Of a stretch of 64,000 bases of DNA, positions 1-15,500 are shown in pieces; the first letter of the stretch is position 1; every line of letters starts with the position of its first letter. A program made the position numbers and the translations under genes. Under the pieces are notes generated by a model. That model did no database searches, was not told the DNA's origin, and worked only from the letters and a program-made list of their open reading frames with translations. The DNA lies in the NCBI GenBank assembly GCA_051362555.1, contig CM120645.1, positions 20,770,001 to 20,834,000 on the forward strand, written 5' to 3'. Source of the stretch: Lingula anatina. Its lineage: Eukaryota; Animalia; Brachiopoda.

Positions 1-658
1 AAGTTTTGCATGTAATGGTTTGCAGTGGGCATGATTTTCACACGCACACCTTCTTGCGATCAAATTGCCACCAATTCAAGGTGACCGTAACTTGTTACAG
101 ACTCAGTCTGTGCCACATACTATTTACGCCTACTGGCCCTCAGGGATTACAGATTCTAGTAATGATCTCCAGGCACAAAACAAATTTAGTGAACTGCACA
201 AATCTATTAAATTTTTACATTTGGCATAGGGTAGTATCAACAATGCAGACCGATTTATGTTAAGTCGTTCACAGATTCTTCTCTTTAAATTTATAAAGTG
301 GCTTGGTTTTGAGATATATATCATAATTATAATAGCAACATAAATAGTTACTAGGCCACTTTCACAAGCTAAGTTGATCCGCGGACAGCTTTCCCTCAGG
401 GAATCCATTCACTGTCTTATAGCAGATTATAGGACAAACAATAGGTTATATTAATCTTTTTTTTCTCTGCAAAATGCATTACAGCTGAATCAGATATGGA
501 ATTTAATGATATATTATGATAATATTTTATGTTGATCTTTTTTTATTCACAGTGATGTGACCCATCATCTGATAGAACTTATAGAACCTAATGGTATGTA
601 GAACTTTTGCTGCAATATTATGTAAGATGCACGCAACTCTTCCTCATTGACACCTGAA

Positions 659-993
659 AGGGATAATAACTCTTCATGTGAGATCTATATTTCACAATAA
701 TCACATTCTGATTAACTCATAAAAATATAATATATTCCGTTTTACCTCAAAAAAAGGCAGTTATAACTATTATTCTCATATCTGAGTTTGTCTTTAGACC
801 ACGTGACCTCCATTGATGGCTATACTCTGTTAAAATCTCCTAAGAGATTTTAACAAAAAACCAAACTTTTTAGAAAAAAAACGGACTAACTTTGAGTGTA
901 AAAATGAATTCATTAACCATTGGTAAGTATGGGAAAATTATTGTTTACGCCAGGAAATTTCATTTTCTGGCCAAACGAAGAGTTATTATCCCT
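659..993. mobile_element. Kolobok-like MITE, copy 1
   Basis: TIR AGGGATAATAACTCTTC / GAAGAGTTATTATCCCT; TGAA and TTAA flanks; purine-purine termini. Confidence 0.8.
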
Positions 994-997
994 TTAA

Positions 998-1430
998 TAT
1001 TACATTACCTGATGTCTCAATACATATTATCTGAAACCTTAATATACATCACTTGATGCCTCAATCCACATCATCATACACCTTAATACACATTACCCAA
1101 TGTCTCCATCCACATCATCATACACCTTAATACACATTACCTGATGTCTCCATCCACATCATCATACACCTTAATACACATTACCCAATGTCTCCATCCA
1201 CATCATCATACACCTTAATACACATTACCTGATGTCTCCATACATATCATCTTACACCTTAATACACATTACCTGATATCTCAATACACATCACCAGACA
1301 CCTTAATACACATTACCTGATATCTCAATGCACATTATATGACACTCTGACACACACCACCTGGCAATTTAATTCATACTACCTGCCCATTCAGTGCACA
1401 TTACCTGAAAACCTCATACAAATTACCTGT
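998..1430. repeat. 44-bp minisatellite built from two 22-bp subunits, degenerate at the edges
   Basis: CCTTAATAC at 1081, 1125, 1169 and onward. Confidence 0.85.
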
Positions 1431-1851
1431 AATTTATACTGAATAAAGCCTTTCACAGAAAAAAGAATGTCACCAAAATCAGAATATCATTTTGTCCATC
1501 TGACAACTTATGTCTGAACATATATTTGACATATTGTTCATATATATTCAGTTTCACAGTTTTGACTTCAAATATGATATGTCTATTTGTTACAAGAATA
1601 ACAAACATTCTTTTTACATCTCATATTACTAGCAGCAGTGCGTCTACAATTCTGTTGCTTTGCAGCTGTGCTAAATGTTTAAACCACCATAAACAATGAA
1701 AAATACTAGGAGCAAATGAGAGTGAAATATACAGACCACAAAAATATCAAATTTCTGCATGCAACTATAAAAAAGGTTGGTTATTTTGAGGAATGAAGAT
1801 GAGATTTGAGTGGGAAGAGTGAATAATATACACAGAGCTAGAAAGACTTAC

Positions 1852-1914
1852 CAGAAAGTTCTCCATCAGAAGGGAGAGGAGATGGGAAAACCTTGACACA
1901 TGCCCAACCAACCT
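1852..1914 (-). CDS. GTF3C1: GTF3C1 exon 36 (probable)
   Basis: Polypyrimidine tract plus TAG acceptor, RLVGHVSRFSHLLSLLMENFL, GTAAG donor, phase 0-0. Confidence 0.65.
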
Positions 1915-4900
1915 CTAGAAAAAAAGTAAATATCTTTAGCCTAATATTATGCTTCTATATACACAAAAGCTTTGCATTATCTTTATTTAGTTAATTATAT
2001 TTACATTTGATAATGCCTTAAATGATATTATAATAACTATTTTTAAAAAAACATTAAAATTAAACAGCAATGATGATTCATATTCATACTGAAGTAAATA
2101 AAGAAACTTTGACATCAGATTAAAATAATCTAAAAAGGTACTTTTGAAAAGATAAGATTAAAAATCATCCCCAATTTTCAATGCATGGGCAAATAGGGAG
2201 GTGTGAAAACAAAAAAGCTGGCAATTACTAGAAATGGAAATCAGGGCAGTACGTGAGGGATCAAAATAAAAATTTTATTCCATGGTTTAGTTTATCAAGG
2301 AAAAAAACACCAAATTACTGTAAATGGAAACACCAAATTACTGTAAATGGAAAAAGCATGCCTTTACTCTACAGCTCATAAAATTACCTCATCACACATC
2401 CATTTCTGTATCATTATAAAATACCAATGATGAAAGATGGGTTCTGACAATCAGTGTCAATGGGGCAGTCTCAAACTGTACATTATGAACATGCAACTTT
2501 CCAATTATGATCAGGATGATGAAACCATCAGACACTTCAATTACTTATATATACTAAACGTAACAAATGTTTTATTTCATGCAGAAATAGCGACATCACA
2601 CAAAATACAGTTCAATCAAAATCAATTATACAGTGTGATTGATGTTATTACATCACATATTTTTAGGTGGATACATTAATGAATGTGCTAAATTTATAGA
2701 TTTTTAAAATAATACCCTAACTGTGGCATAAGTATTGTTCAAGTAAAGCACTGTTAAAGATACTGTGTATACCCGTGCAAAATTATGACAACAGTGTTTT
2801 TTCTTTATGTTCATTCATATGTATATTTAATTATGTACATTTAATTTCTTTTCATTGTGATAAGAATACTTGTGAGATATACAATCAATCTCCAAGATGG
2901 CATCATGCATTCATCTGTGTCTGTACATAAAAATAATGGAGGAAACCCTACAGTAACTATTCATTTTGTGACGCCTACTTGATATTGTATTAAATTTACA
3001 TCGAGAAAATTCAATTTCAAGATTTAATAATAATAATAATAATAATAATTTATTGAGCACTGAAATGTTTTTACATTTAGAGGCTCTCTAGCTACTATAC
3101 ATTATACATATTTAACTGTGAATGGTTACACAGCATATTACTAAGTCCATATAAACATTTTATCCTTTTTTCAATTAAAGGGATAATAACTCTTCGTATG
3201 AGATCTATATTTCATAATAAAAACCTTGTGAATAACTCATAGAAATATAATATATTCTGTTTTACCACACAAACAGCAGTTATAGCTTTTATTCTGTTAT
3301 TTGAACTTGTCTTTAGACCACGTGACCTCCATTGATGTCTATACTCTGTTAAAATCTCTTAAGAGATTATAACAAAAAACCAAACTTTTAAGAAAAAAAC
3401 CAGGGACTAACTTTGAATGTAAAAATGGATTCATTAACCATTGGTAAGTATGGGAAAATTGTTGTTTACTCCAGGAAAATTCATTTTTTGGCCGAAACAA
3501 AGAGTTATTATTGCTTTAATATCCTGCAATGTCCTATTTGGTCAATCACTTTTGAAGAATATTTACTCTTTCTTTTATTCCTTAGGCAAATTATTCCATT
3601 CCACTTTACAGTTCTATAATATTTCAGTCTTAGATGTTCTTCCCAAACATGGATTTGATGAATCTTAAACTATCTAAGAGTCATCAAACAAATTGGATGA
3701 AACATGAAATGCTTGAAGTGTGTCCTCATTTTGTAAGGATGCCTTCATGGAACTAAAAAAATCTTCTTTAATCTCTTGTGCAATCTATCACTTAGTCACT
3801 GTATAAGTTTCCTGTTCTTTAGAAGCTTCATTGTTCCATAGTTTAGGTAACAACTGATCTAGTTCAGGGCCATTTAGGAAAACTCTCACAGCATACACTT
3901 GGTGTGTTGACTATTATCTGTCATTCTGAGTCTGCAGGATGGTTCAAGCAAATGATTAAATTGTTATCCAAATTTTTTTCAATTTAAAAGTTATGACCAA
4001 CTTTACTTGTAAGAACTTTTGGGAGAGATGGCCCAAGTTTTAAAAGGATAACAGCTCTTCATTTTGGAGGAAAAAGTGCCATGCAACAGATTTTCTCTGA
4101 AAAATGGCAATCTTTTCATACTTTCCAGTGGTTAATGAATTTGTTCTGACATCAAAGTCAGTGGATTGTTTGTTTTTTTAAGCATGGTTTTTGTAATAAT
4201 CTTGTAAGAGTAATACTTTTTAGAGATTATTTCAGAGAGTAGCCATCTAGGTCCACATGGACAAATGGCAAACATAGATTTCAGAATAAATGCGATAACA
4301 ACCGTTTTGTTGGTAAAGAGAATTTTCTACATTTTTGTGTTGTTTACAATGTATTCATTGTGGAATTTTGAATCTCATGTAAAGAGTTGTTTTTATCCCT
4401 TTAACAATTTCCCCATTAAAAAGACCTAAGTGATATTAATATAAACCCTGCACTAATGCTCCAGTGACTGGCACTAATGGACAAACTTACTCAATCAGAA
4501 ACCAGGCTATATACCATCATGCCATAATGACATGCCTGGAATATGCCTGCCTTAATAAATCCATTTACAATTAATTCTCTCCACAGTTTTCATTCAAAGT
4601 ATAATGCAACCGTGAACTCATCCAGAGCAGACTCAATTCCACAAATGTGTTCTATTTTTTTATTACAGGTTTTTGCAATATCGTCTTTGTTCATAGTTTG
4701 TAAAGCTCCCATCGCTGGGGAAGCAACCAAACTTTTTGATGTCCCAGTAAGTTGAAAAAGCTTTCATTATATTTAGGTTAATTATTCATCTGCTCGTTTC
4801 CAGTAGCTTTCAAAGTGTTAGGTGCTACACAAAGGTTTGATCACTTAAATGGCAGAAACATGTTATTTTTTCTTATCTTAATGGGAGGTATATTTCATGG

Positions 4901-5919
4901 GCCTGTGTGAAGTACAACTCAATCATGTGCAAATACACTAAGTTGACCAACACTTAACTCTCTCTCTCTCTCTCACACACACACATACACACACACACAC
5001 ACCCATGCACACACACACTGTTCTTTATCTTGAAATAGTCTTTTTATCTTTGAAAAATTCAAATCCATCTACTGATGGAAAGATATCTACCACTTCTTAC
5101 AATTTACTATTATGCATATCATAAGATAAAACTGCAGGCAAAGTAATCATACAGATTACAGAGCAGGTACACTTTCAGAATTGCTAAAGAAAATTGGGAT
5201 GAAAATAAATAAATATATCAATCAAAGATTCAGATTTGAAGGAATTTTTTTTTTTTTTTGAAAAATAGATGCTAATATAGGGAGATAAGCAATAAAAGAC
5301 AAAGGTAATCAGGAGGATATTGAAAAATGAAAGTTATGTCAGCTATCAGCAAAGTTATGACAGTGCATGCACGGATTTGATAAAGAATGACGATATCTTA
5401 TTGACGAACCATGTCTGTGTACATCAGTTTTGAAGGGCAAAATGTTTCATATGCTGCTAAAATGCACACATCCTGTCAATCTCCCTGAATGTTACATTTA
5501 CACTGTCACAGTGGATTTTACATGGAGTGAGAAAAAACTGTACCAGATATCATCTGTTTAAAACAGGCCAGGCAACACTTTTACAATTAATATGACAGTA
5601 GTAAAAGTTTTTGGAACATATGCTTAACGTAGTGTCTTGTATCACTATTTTCTCTTCATTTCTAATCATATTTACCACTTTAAGTATTGGAAAAGATATT
5701 CAAAAGTTTTATATTTCTATTACATTGTCCAAAGTTCCAAGATCTTGTATTTGATAACCATCATGATAATCCCTTAAATAGCAACCTTTTCTAAAGACAG
5801 CTACATGTACATTTGGCTCTTATCACAAGACCATCATCAGGCTATATGCCCATGGAGTGTTGGATGATCTGTGAGGGATTGTAACCCAGCGTAGTACATG
5901 AATAAATTATTTTTTTTTA

Positions 5920-5958
<39 letters not shown>

Positions 5959-6558
5959 ACATCTTTCAAAGTAAATCCTACCTGCAGCTCTACCCAAGTA
6001 ATTCCAAGCTCCTTCCAGTTTTCTACAGCTCTGTATATGGAGGCAGCATTTTCAACATCCTGCTTTGACAAATCTGGATTCTCAGCCAGTTTCTCCAGAA
6101 AATTTTCAAAGTCCACCTTCTGTGGAATCAGCTTTGTCTGCGACTTTCTGATTGATTTAATGACTTCTTTGCTCAGAATTTCTTCAGAGTTGATTGAAAG
6201 AGATGGAGATGAGGCAAAGTGGGACGATTTTAATTTCGTAACAATGGCACAAGAACGCAGCACAATGGTATCTGTTGGTTTCAATGGCCGAATATGGGAA
6301 TGAAAAAACAACTGCTCCATGTTAATCATCACAGTGTTCTTTTTATGGGATGGTTTGCTCTCTCTTTCTTTCATTTTAAATTCCCATCGCCTTTGAGCTT
6401 TGGCCTTGGGGGTCAGCTTTTCTTTCCGTTTCTTTACAATTTTCTTTTCTTCTCCTGTCCCAGATTTCTTCATCTGACCCTTTGCTGGCAACTTGGCACT
6501 AGATTTTCCCTTCTCTGTCTTTTTGTGCTGCCAAGAGCCTTCTGGAACATACTCGGGG

Positions 6559-6589
<31 letters not shown>

Positions 6590-9500
6590 TCATTGCCAAA
6601 TTATCATCTTCTTCATCGTCATCCACCACAGGTCTTTGAAATCTCACTGCCTTTGCCAATTCAAGGGTGCGACGCAGCTGACTTTCCATGTCGCCAATAT
6701 CAGTCTCCATAGGTACATCAGAAGAGAGACCCGATGACAGGGATTTCATGGTCTCAACTGCAACATCTCTTTCTTCATTCCCAATTGAGTCTTCCTGCTC
6801 ATCAGGCTTTAAGACTTCTTCCATCAATGCTACCTCCTCGACAACTGCTTTTTCCCCTGAGGTCTGGGGCATGTTGTCATCTTTTCGACTCTGTTCCACG
6901 GTCACTGACCCACATGCCTCATCACCTTGACCCAAATTTTTCTTTGCTTGACCCAGTACAGTCCCGCTGCTCTTTTTCTGAGAGGATATTGATTTAGTAC
7001 AATCAACACTACTTTTGGCTCCTTGGGGACCATCAGATGGGCTTTCTTGCATTTCCCCTTCTGAATGACCTTGGCCTTCTGACTGGCCTTGACCTTCACC
7101 CTTTTGTCCGCTGGTTCCTTGGTCACTTTCGTTGGGGGATTCTTCACCTGCACTCCTTTTCCTCTCTATGTCAATCACTCTGTCAGGCACTATTATATCA
7201 TAAGTGATCTAAAAAAAGAAAAAAATACTGTATAAGTTATAACAAAAACAAAGGAGCAATTCTTATTTTAAAATTTCCAAAAGTGTCATGAATTCTGTTT
7301 TTATTCTCTTAATACCATGCAGTCAAAACTAATCACATCAGAGAGAACTGAGACAGAGTATCAGTTTCTTTTTTTGTTCCAAATTCAGTAAAATCTTCCT
7401 AATATTTTCTTCTGAAAACAAAAAAAAATTAAAGTTGATTATTAAACAAGGCAGCAAAGCTGTCAAATGTACAGACAAAAAGCAGGAAATAACAAAATAG
7501 GCTACTGTCAATTCTGATGCAAAAGTACATTATGTTAAACTGCAAATTCAACATCAAATTTTAATTATGCTCAACAGGTAATACCAATGTAAGTAAAATG
7601 TGAAACAAGCATAAGGCTTCAGGCCCATGGGAGTTCAAGTTCACACTTTGAAAATGTAAAACTTCCAGAAAAAGAAGTCAATTAGACTGCTTTTCCAACT
7701 CAGGCTGCATTTTAGTCCTGTATTTCTTTTTTGAAAGTTTGGCAATCATAAGAAACATGGTTTTCCCATAATGGTCATCATGACAGCAGCACCCAAAATT
7801 GTGTTTTCTTCTATTCTGATGCAATATTACATAATGGTTAACAGCATAATGACAATCAATTTTTAATAACAAAATATATGTATCATGGATTTTCAGAAAA
7901 TGTGACTAGCCTGGGTCTTCAAGCCTGTGGAACTTAATCTTATTAGTTTAATAATGAGACTGTTAACATGCCTAAAAACTGAATCTGAGGAAATGTGAAA
8001 AAACAGCATACCTTCTACAATAACGGCACGATTATGCTGATTTACGAACTCAACCTGCATTTTAGTAAAATTGACCACTCCTGTGAGTTTCATGACAACA
8101 GGCCTATCGGTTTTCCTTGAAATGTGTTAACAGTGTTGCATATATGCTAAAAAGTGAAAAAACAGCATAAATTCTACAATAATGGCCCGATCATGCTGAA
8201 TTTCGAACTTGACCCGCGTTTTATGAATATTAGTCAGCTCTGTAAATATAAAGCCAAAAAGTAAAACTGTCTTCCACTTATGGTGTTAACGCTGAAAGTG
8301 CACGGCGACGGCGACAGCGACGGCGACATGATCGGCGACGGCGACGACAGACGCAGGTGATGGCAATATGTACAGACACATCTGTGTCTGTACATAAAAA
8401 TTAATTTCCTGGTCATTTTTAAGATCATATGTTTTAAATAATCTGTAAGTAACTTAGTAGTATGAGTGGGCCCATCTCCCCATGCAAAGATTTACTCCAT
8501 TCAATGAATTTTTATAAAATTGCTTTGTGCAGAGGGTGGTCGACAGATAGTTCTCACTGTGCTTCAAACTACTGAATTACTAACAGTTGGAACAATGGTC
8601 ATAGAACAAGGACATCTTGGTCTATCAAAGGCAGGTTTGTCTCTTTCTGGACATAGCTTTGATAATCATAAAAATAATAGGTGAAAAAGGTCTCTCGTTT
8701 CAAAAGCTACACCTAAAGAAATTTAACTGTGACAAAACAATTACTGACATCATGAAGTATATATTTTGTGAGATAAAACTTTGCCAAGCAAGCCAAAAGC
8801 AGGTGTTGCCTGCAAAACAAACAGATTGTTTTGCTCAAATAACTTATGAATGAAGTATAAACACTCCAATAAAATTGAAAGATGAATCAGTTTTTGTGCA
8901 AACAGCACAGACTGTCTGCATTCTACAATGAATACCAGATGGTGTTTGTTGATCCACTTCTGTAACAAAAGGCCATACATGTTACTGAATTACATGGCAT
9001 GGAAGAAAACAGGAAAAAAATAGTCCCTAAAGATATATTGTCAATATCTCACCCAGGGTAAATATTTAATCAAGAGAGTCAGATAAGCCTTACAGGACTT
9101 TCATTTCAGTATTGTGTAAATGTGTTAATCACAACATTTCTTGTTTTGAATTCCATATCTCATAAATATTGAATACTAGAAGAAAACAGGCAGTTGACAT
9201 ACTTTTGCATTTGCGACATATTTTATCAGACGCAAGCGCTTTCATGACAAGTGGCAGATAATACTGTTTTCCTGTTTTAATACCATACAGGAAAATTGAG
9301 TATAACATTCACAAAATCAATTTTATTTTGGAGCAGCAGACCATGCTTCTTCACACAAATTGGCCAGAACATGTGCACTAGAAGCTTTTAGCCTACCATC
9401 CCTACGGACAAAAGGGGCTTATTTCACAAAAAACTACCGTAATGACTGAATCTTATCTATGGGGAAAATTAATTATGAATTTTACGGATACTGTATTTTT

Positions 9501-12500
9501 GTGATTTATTTTGAAAAAATTAGAACATTCCTAGCAAACAAAATTGAAAAGCAGGCTAGCCTATAGTTTTTATTCTACAGAGTAAAGGATCTACAAAATT
9601 AATGCTATTATAGAAACAATTTTTTCTATGATTCCAAAATTATGTATCTGAAAGTTTGATCATTTTTTTTCCCATTGAACATATAGTCATAATCATTAAG
9701 CCTGAAAATTGGTTTAAAGATAAATTTGAAACAAGTGTGGATTCCCAGTAACACAAACATAAAACACATCTAATAGTTTTTATTTAACTCAAATAAAGTC
9801 AACATGCCAAGGGATAAACCAAAACGCATCTTTAAACAATCATATGATCTTCTTCAAGATAAATTCATAGTATATGAAAATAAATCGTCGGTCTGAAACA
9901 TTAATTTTACAATGCATTTCTTGTGGCGGATAAGGCCAAATATCTCATTTCATTGGATAACTATTTAATAACTTTATCTTATATTTTATTTTATTTGTTT
10001 ATTTCCTCTTGTTTGCTTGTTTGTTTTTTGGGATTTATTTATTATTTTAATTTCTGATTTTTTCTATTTTCACAAAGCAGAAACAATACATACATGGCCA
10101 GTAACAGAACACACTCGCAAAAATACCCCTGTCTGGCTTCCATTTTACTGGCATTTTGGCGGTTGCCATTTGGCACTAAGCCAGAGCATGTTTACGTCAC
10201 AGACCGGATGTTACAATAATCCCTAATGTTAACAGAAAAAAGGAGACATACATATTATATAAACCTGAATTCTGTTTAAGAAGTGGATATGGTAAAGAAA
10301 TTTATAATTTCATTTCATTGTGCATGTTTGCCCTGGATATCATAGGAGAGAGCCTAAAACGATGTTATAAGCACTGAGCATGCATGATGTCATAAGAGAC
10401 TAGAAAACAGGCGAGGATCCATCAGGAATTTGGTCTTAGGAAGCAAAAGTAACATGCAAAACATGGCAAATACATGCTGTTGTGCAACAGATTTTAATTG
10501 TACAGATCTAATTAATAAGCAAAAACATCCAGAAAAAATAACTGTGGATAAATACTGTCAGTTTTATTAATTGCCTCACCGCACTTGAACATCTGCCAAA
10601 TTATTTCTGATTCCATTTTATACCAAACCTTGTCAAATTTTATCACATGATTTTATACTAAGTTGTGAGGCTTTGGCCTATCACCGATGATTCTCATTCA
10701 AACAATTCTAAAAGTGTGGACTGATTTTCCATACATATGCCTGTAGCCAGCAATTTCAAAAGGGGGTTCTTTTTCTGAAAAACTGGATCGTTTATCATGA
10801 CACTTTCGTATACCTAGATAAAATTTTACACAGAGGGGACCTTTTCCTTTTAAATGCCACAGGCCTGCATACCTTGTCAAGTGCCAACATGGTGATAAAA
10901 GCTGCACATCCACCACCTGTATTCTCTGCAGTAAAGTCATGACCAACTTCCCTATTCAAGAGGGAGAGATAGTGACTGGCCTCAGGAAAGATGGTGGCAC
11001 GGTATGAGAACACTTGGAACTTCTGAGAATACCTGAAATTGATACTTAACAAATTACTTATATTTCAAATGACATATGTAATATCTTAATGATTTAAAAT
11101 TGACATTACAATAAACAATAATCTCTTATGATTTCCATTTAATATTATCAGTTTTTTGTTTATTTTTTAATTAAAAACAATTAAACAGATATGGAAGACA
11201 TTGGAGTCATGTTCTTCTTTCAAAAATAAAGATTAGAGCTTCTACCTCTTGAATCTTATTATGGTACAGCATGGAGGCATTTGTTGCTCTTTATAAAGTC
11301 TTCTGAAGTATCAATTTAAAAAAAAACTTTTCTTGTCAAAACACAAAATTTTAATTTCTAAAATTTGCTAAAGAAGACTTAGAAATGCATAAACTACGCA
11401 TCAACAAAAGTGTTTGTTTATCTGTAAGCACCAATTACATAGTACATACCTTTGGGATAAATGGAAGGTTTTTGTAGCAAGAAAGGACAGCATTTCATGA
11501 GTGCTCTTTCTCTAAAATTATTAAATATCATTGATCAATATTAACACTCTATCAATACATTATTATTCTCGTCTAAGATTCACAACTTTCAAATATCATA
11601 ATTAAAATTATACCATTCCAAATAAAGTGAATCCAAATTTTTTAACAAATTGAGATTGACACTGAGAACTGACCAGAGTGTCAATTCAATTACTAAAATC
11701 AATTTAATCTCTTGTGGACCAATCAAAAAATATGTACATTGAAATTACCCCAGCACTGCTCAATGTGAAGGATGAAGGAGCAACCTATTCCAATTTTCTA
11801 TTACGGTATTCTTGCAACACTTAAATCAGGCTGCATTTGATTGCCTTTATCGGTATTGGGGTTGCCAAAGCAAAAAAATCAAAATGCAGCCAAAAATTTG
11901 AATGGTAAATAGAACTAAAAGCTTGAAGCAAAAATGAAACTGAAAGTTTGTGAAAAAAAAATAGAAGGTTCCACATTTTTCATACAAATTACCTTCTTTT
12001 TGCTGATGATGTGGTCATTCCTCATGGTGTTAAATACCTCGGTGAGGAGATCTTCAGGATACTGGGAGTACACCCTGAACATCATGTATTGACGCCCCAT
12101 TTTATCCACTGTGCCACACGAACTCTGGGAAATAATACCAAGTTTAAATATAAACTTTAAAATATAAATAAGATCTTCCGGGTAAAGGGAGTACTGACAC
12201 CCTACCTTTCTACAGAGAAATACATGAAGGTTATTAAAATGGACTTCCTAATATCAGATCATGCTAAAAACCTTAAAGTTTATTATTTCAACCTTTACAA
12301 TTACATTTGTACTAACTAGAGGATCAGAGAGGCGATACCGCCTCCGAATATTGTACCACCAGCTGGAGCAAGCGCATTCGTATAGACCCCCACATACACA
12401 AAATAAGGGACACAGCCACCAGTTTTGTGCTTGACAAGCTGTAAAAATGCAATCAACAAGAATTTTTAAACTATTGCAAAAAATATATATGGTACAATCA

Positions 12501-15500
12501 AATTTAAGTTCTTCGTAAGATAGGTCAAGGGTCAATTTCAAGGTCACATTTAGATTGCCAGTATATGACTTCCTATTCAAGTTCAATAGTAACTATGGAC
12601 CTATCTCTGCCAGTTTTGGAGATAAAAGGGAAGCAAAATTTGCAAAGTTCAGTTCATGGTGAAAAGTAGGCCAAAGGTCAATTTTAAGGTCACATATAGA
12701 TTGCCAGTATATGACTTCCTATTCAAGTTCAATAGTAACTACAGACTTATCTCTGCCAGTTTTGGAGATAAAAGGAAAGCAAAATTTGCAAAGTTCAATT
12801 CATGGTGAAAAGTAGGTCAAAGGTCAATTTCAAGGTCACATTTAGATTGCCAGTATATGACTTTCTATTCAAGTTCAATAGTAACTATGGACCTATCTCA
12901 GCTGGTTTTGGAGATAAAAGAAAAGCAAAATGTGCAAAGTTCAGTTCATGGTGAAAAGTAGGGCAAAGGTCAATTTTAAGGTCACATTTAGATTGCCAGT
13001 ATATGACTTCCTATTCAAGTTCAATAGTAACTATGGACCTATCTCTGCCAGTTTTGGAGATAAAAGGGAAGCAAAATTTGCAAAGTTCAGTTTATGGTGA
13101 AAAGTAGGTCAAAGGTCAATTTTAATGTCACATTTATATTGCCAGTATATGACTTCCTATTCAAGTTCAATAGTAACTATGGACCTATCTCTGCCAGTTT
13201 TGGAGATAAAAGGGAAGCAAAATTTGCAAAGTTCAGTTTATGGTGAAAAGTAGGTCAAAGGTCAATTTTAAGGTCACATTAAGATTGCCAGTATATGACT
13301 TCCTATTCAAGTTCAATAGTAACTACGGACCTTTCTCTGCCAGTTTTGGAGATAAAAGGGAAGCAAAATTTGCAAAGTTCAGTTTATGGTGAAAAGTAGG
13401 TCAAAGGTCAATTTTAATGTCACATTTATATTGCCAGTATATGACTTCCTATTCTAGTTCAATAGTAACTACGGACCTATCTCTGCCAGTTTTGGAGATA
13501 AAAGGAAAGCAAAATTTGCAAAGTTCAATTCATGGTGAAAAGTACGTCAAAGGTCAATTTTAAGGTCACATTTAGATTGCCAGTATATGACTTCCTATTC
13601 AAGTTCAATAGTAACTATGGACCTATCTCTGCCAGTTTTGGAGATAAAAGGAAAGCAAAATTTGCAAAGTTCAATTCATGGTGAAAAGTACGTCAAAGGT
13701 CAATTTCAAGGTCACATTTAGATTGCCAGTATATGACTTTCTATTCAAGTTCAATAGTAACAACGGACCTATCTCAGCCAGTTTTGGAGATAAAAGAAAA
13801 GCAAAATGTGCAAAGTTCAGTTCATGGTGAAAAGTAGGGCAAAGGTCAATTTTAAGGTCACATTTAGATTGCCAGTATATGACTTCCTATTCAAGTTCAA
13901 TAGTAACTATGGACCTATCTCTGCCAGTTTTGGAGATAAAAGGGAAGCAAAATTTGCAAAGTTCAGTTTATGGTGAAAAGTAGGTCAAAGGTCAATTTTA
14001 ATGTCACATTTATATTGCCAGTATATGACTTCCTATTCAAGTTCAATAGTAACTATGGACCTATCTCTGCCAGTTTTGGAGATAAAAGGAAAGCAAAATT
14101 TGCAAAGTTCAGTTCATGATGAAAAGTAGGTCAAAGGTCAATTTTAAGGTCACATATAGATTGCCAGTATATGACTTCCTATTCAAGTTCAATAGTAACT
14201 ATGGACCTATCTCTGAAAGTTTTGGAGATAAAAGGGAAGCAAAATTTGCAAAGTTCAGTTCATGGTGAAAAGTAGGTCAAAGGTCAATTTCAAGGTCACA
14301 GTAAGATTGCCAGTATATGACTTCCTATTCAACTTCAATAGTAACTATGGACCTATCTCTGCCAGTTTTGGAGATATAAGGGACTAAATGTTATAATTTT
14401 GGAGTTACCATAATGTGCCTTAAATTTCGTACAGAAAAAATTAATTAAAATAAAGAAAATGTCATTTTGGTCAAAATTCTTGAAATAGGAGGTGCTCTGA
14501 AGTTTCAGAAGTTCAAATTTGATGAAATAATGTCATTTTTGAACACAAGTTGTCTGCTTTGCCAAGCCTTTTGTTTTATTTTTCCAGAGTTCAAAATTTA
14601 TTATCCATTACCGTACTGCACATTTTGCTTTTACCACCAATATGTACTTTTTGATACAGCGTTACTCGAAAACCGTATGGAATACAAAAAAACCGAGACC
14701 ACCTCCAGTGTTGGGCTTTACATGCTCTACAAAATGCAAAAAAGAATGGGTCTCTAGCATTAACGGTTCCCGAATTAGAGACAGTTTTCAGTTTCGGTAT
14801 CTTATGGCCGCTACTCCCGTGAAAATGCGCCGATTGACCCCAAATTCATGGAAATGAAAGATGACCTGAAGGGTAACACTTTCCAATAATATTATTGGTT
14901 AAGTCTGTGAAGTGTCTGAATAACAGGGCAAAAAAAATTTTTTTTGTAAAAAATTTCATTTTTTTGAAAATTTTGGCCCATTTGACCTTGAAGTAAAGGT
15001 CAAAGGTCAAATCCAAGGGTATATTTGAAATCTACACATATGACTTTTGGAAAGCCGTCTATAGAAATTTTTCCCATAACTCCTTCCGTAGGGTAGATAA
15101 TTAGCATTTAATTTTGCCATTTTTAGACAAGGGTGCATTGTAATGAGTGCCACACCCAGACCCCAATACTGACAAAGCCCAAATTTTACGTGGAACGAGT
15201 TGAGATTATAGGTGACCTAAATCCATGAGATGGGTACGGGGGCCCTTACCGTCTAGGAGGAGAAGCGGTAACGGTAGCCGTCCGGCGGAGCCGGCGGAGC
15301 CGGCGGAGCCGGCGGAACGATCCGGACGGGACCGAAACCATGTGTACCGCCAGCGCTAACGCTGGTGGTACAATTAGCAGAGTTCACTTCATGATAAAAA
15401 GTAGGTCAAAGGTCAATTTCAAGGTCACATTTAGATTGCCAGTATATGACTCTCTTATCAAGTTCAATAGTAACTATGGAACTATCTCTGCCAGTTTTGG

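Noticed and set aside
4491-4830. Possible minus-strand exon ending at a GTAAG donor
   Set aside because: The frames I checked contain stops and show no GTF3C1 similarity
5955-7190. 411-aa ORF as a stand-alone gene
   Set aside because: It is GTF3C1 exon 35, bounded by splice sites in phase with exon 34
14467-14857. Short ORFs recurring in three copies (also 21105-21666 and 26399-26789)
   Set aside because: They recur only because family A copies are near-identical; mostly non-ATG starts and no recognisable domain
15220-15373. GC-rich structured segment resembling a tRNA or other ncRNA
   Set aside because: It is the microsatellite and hairpin terminus of family A; no cloverleaf or convincing A/B boxes
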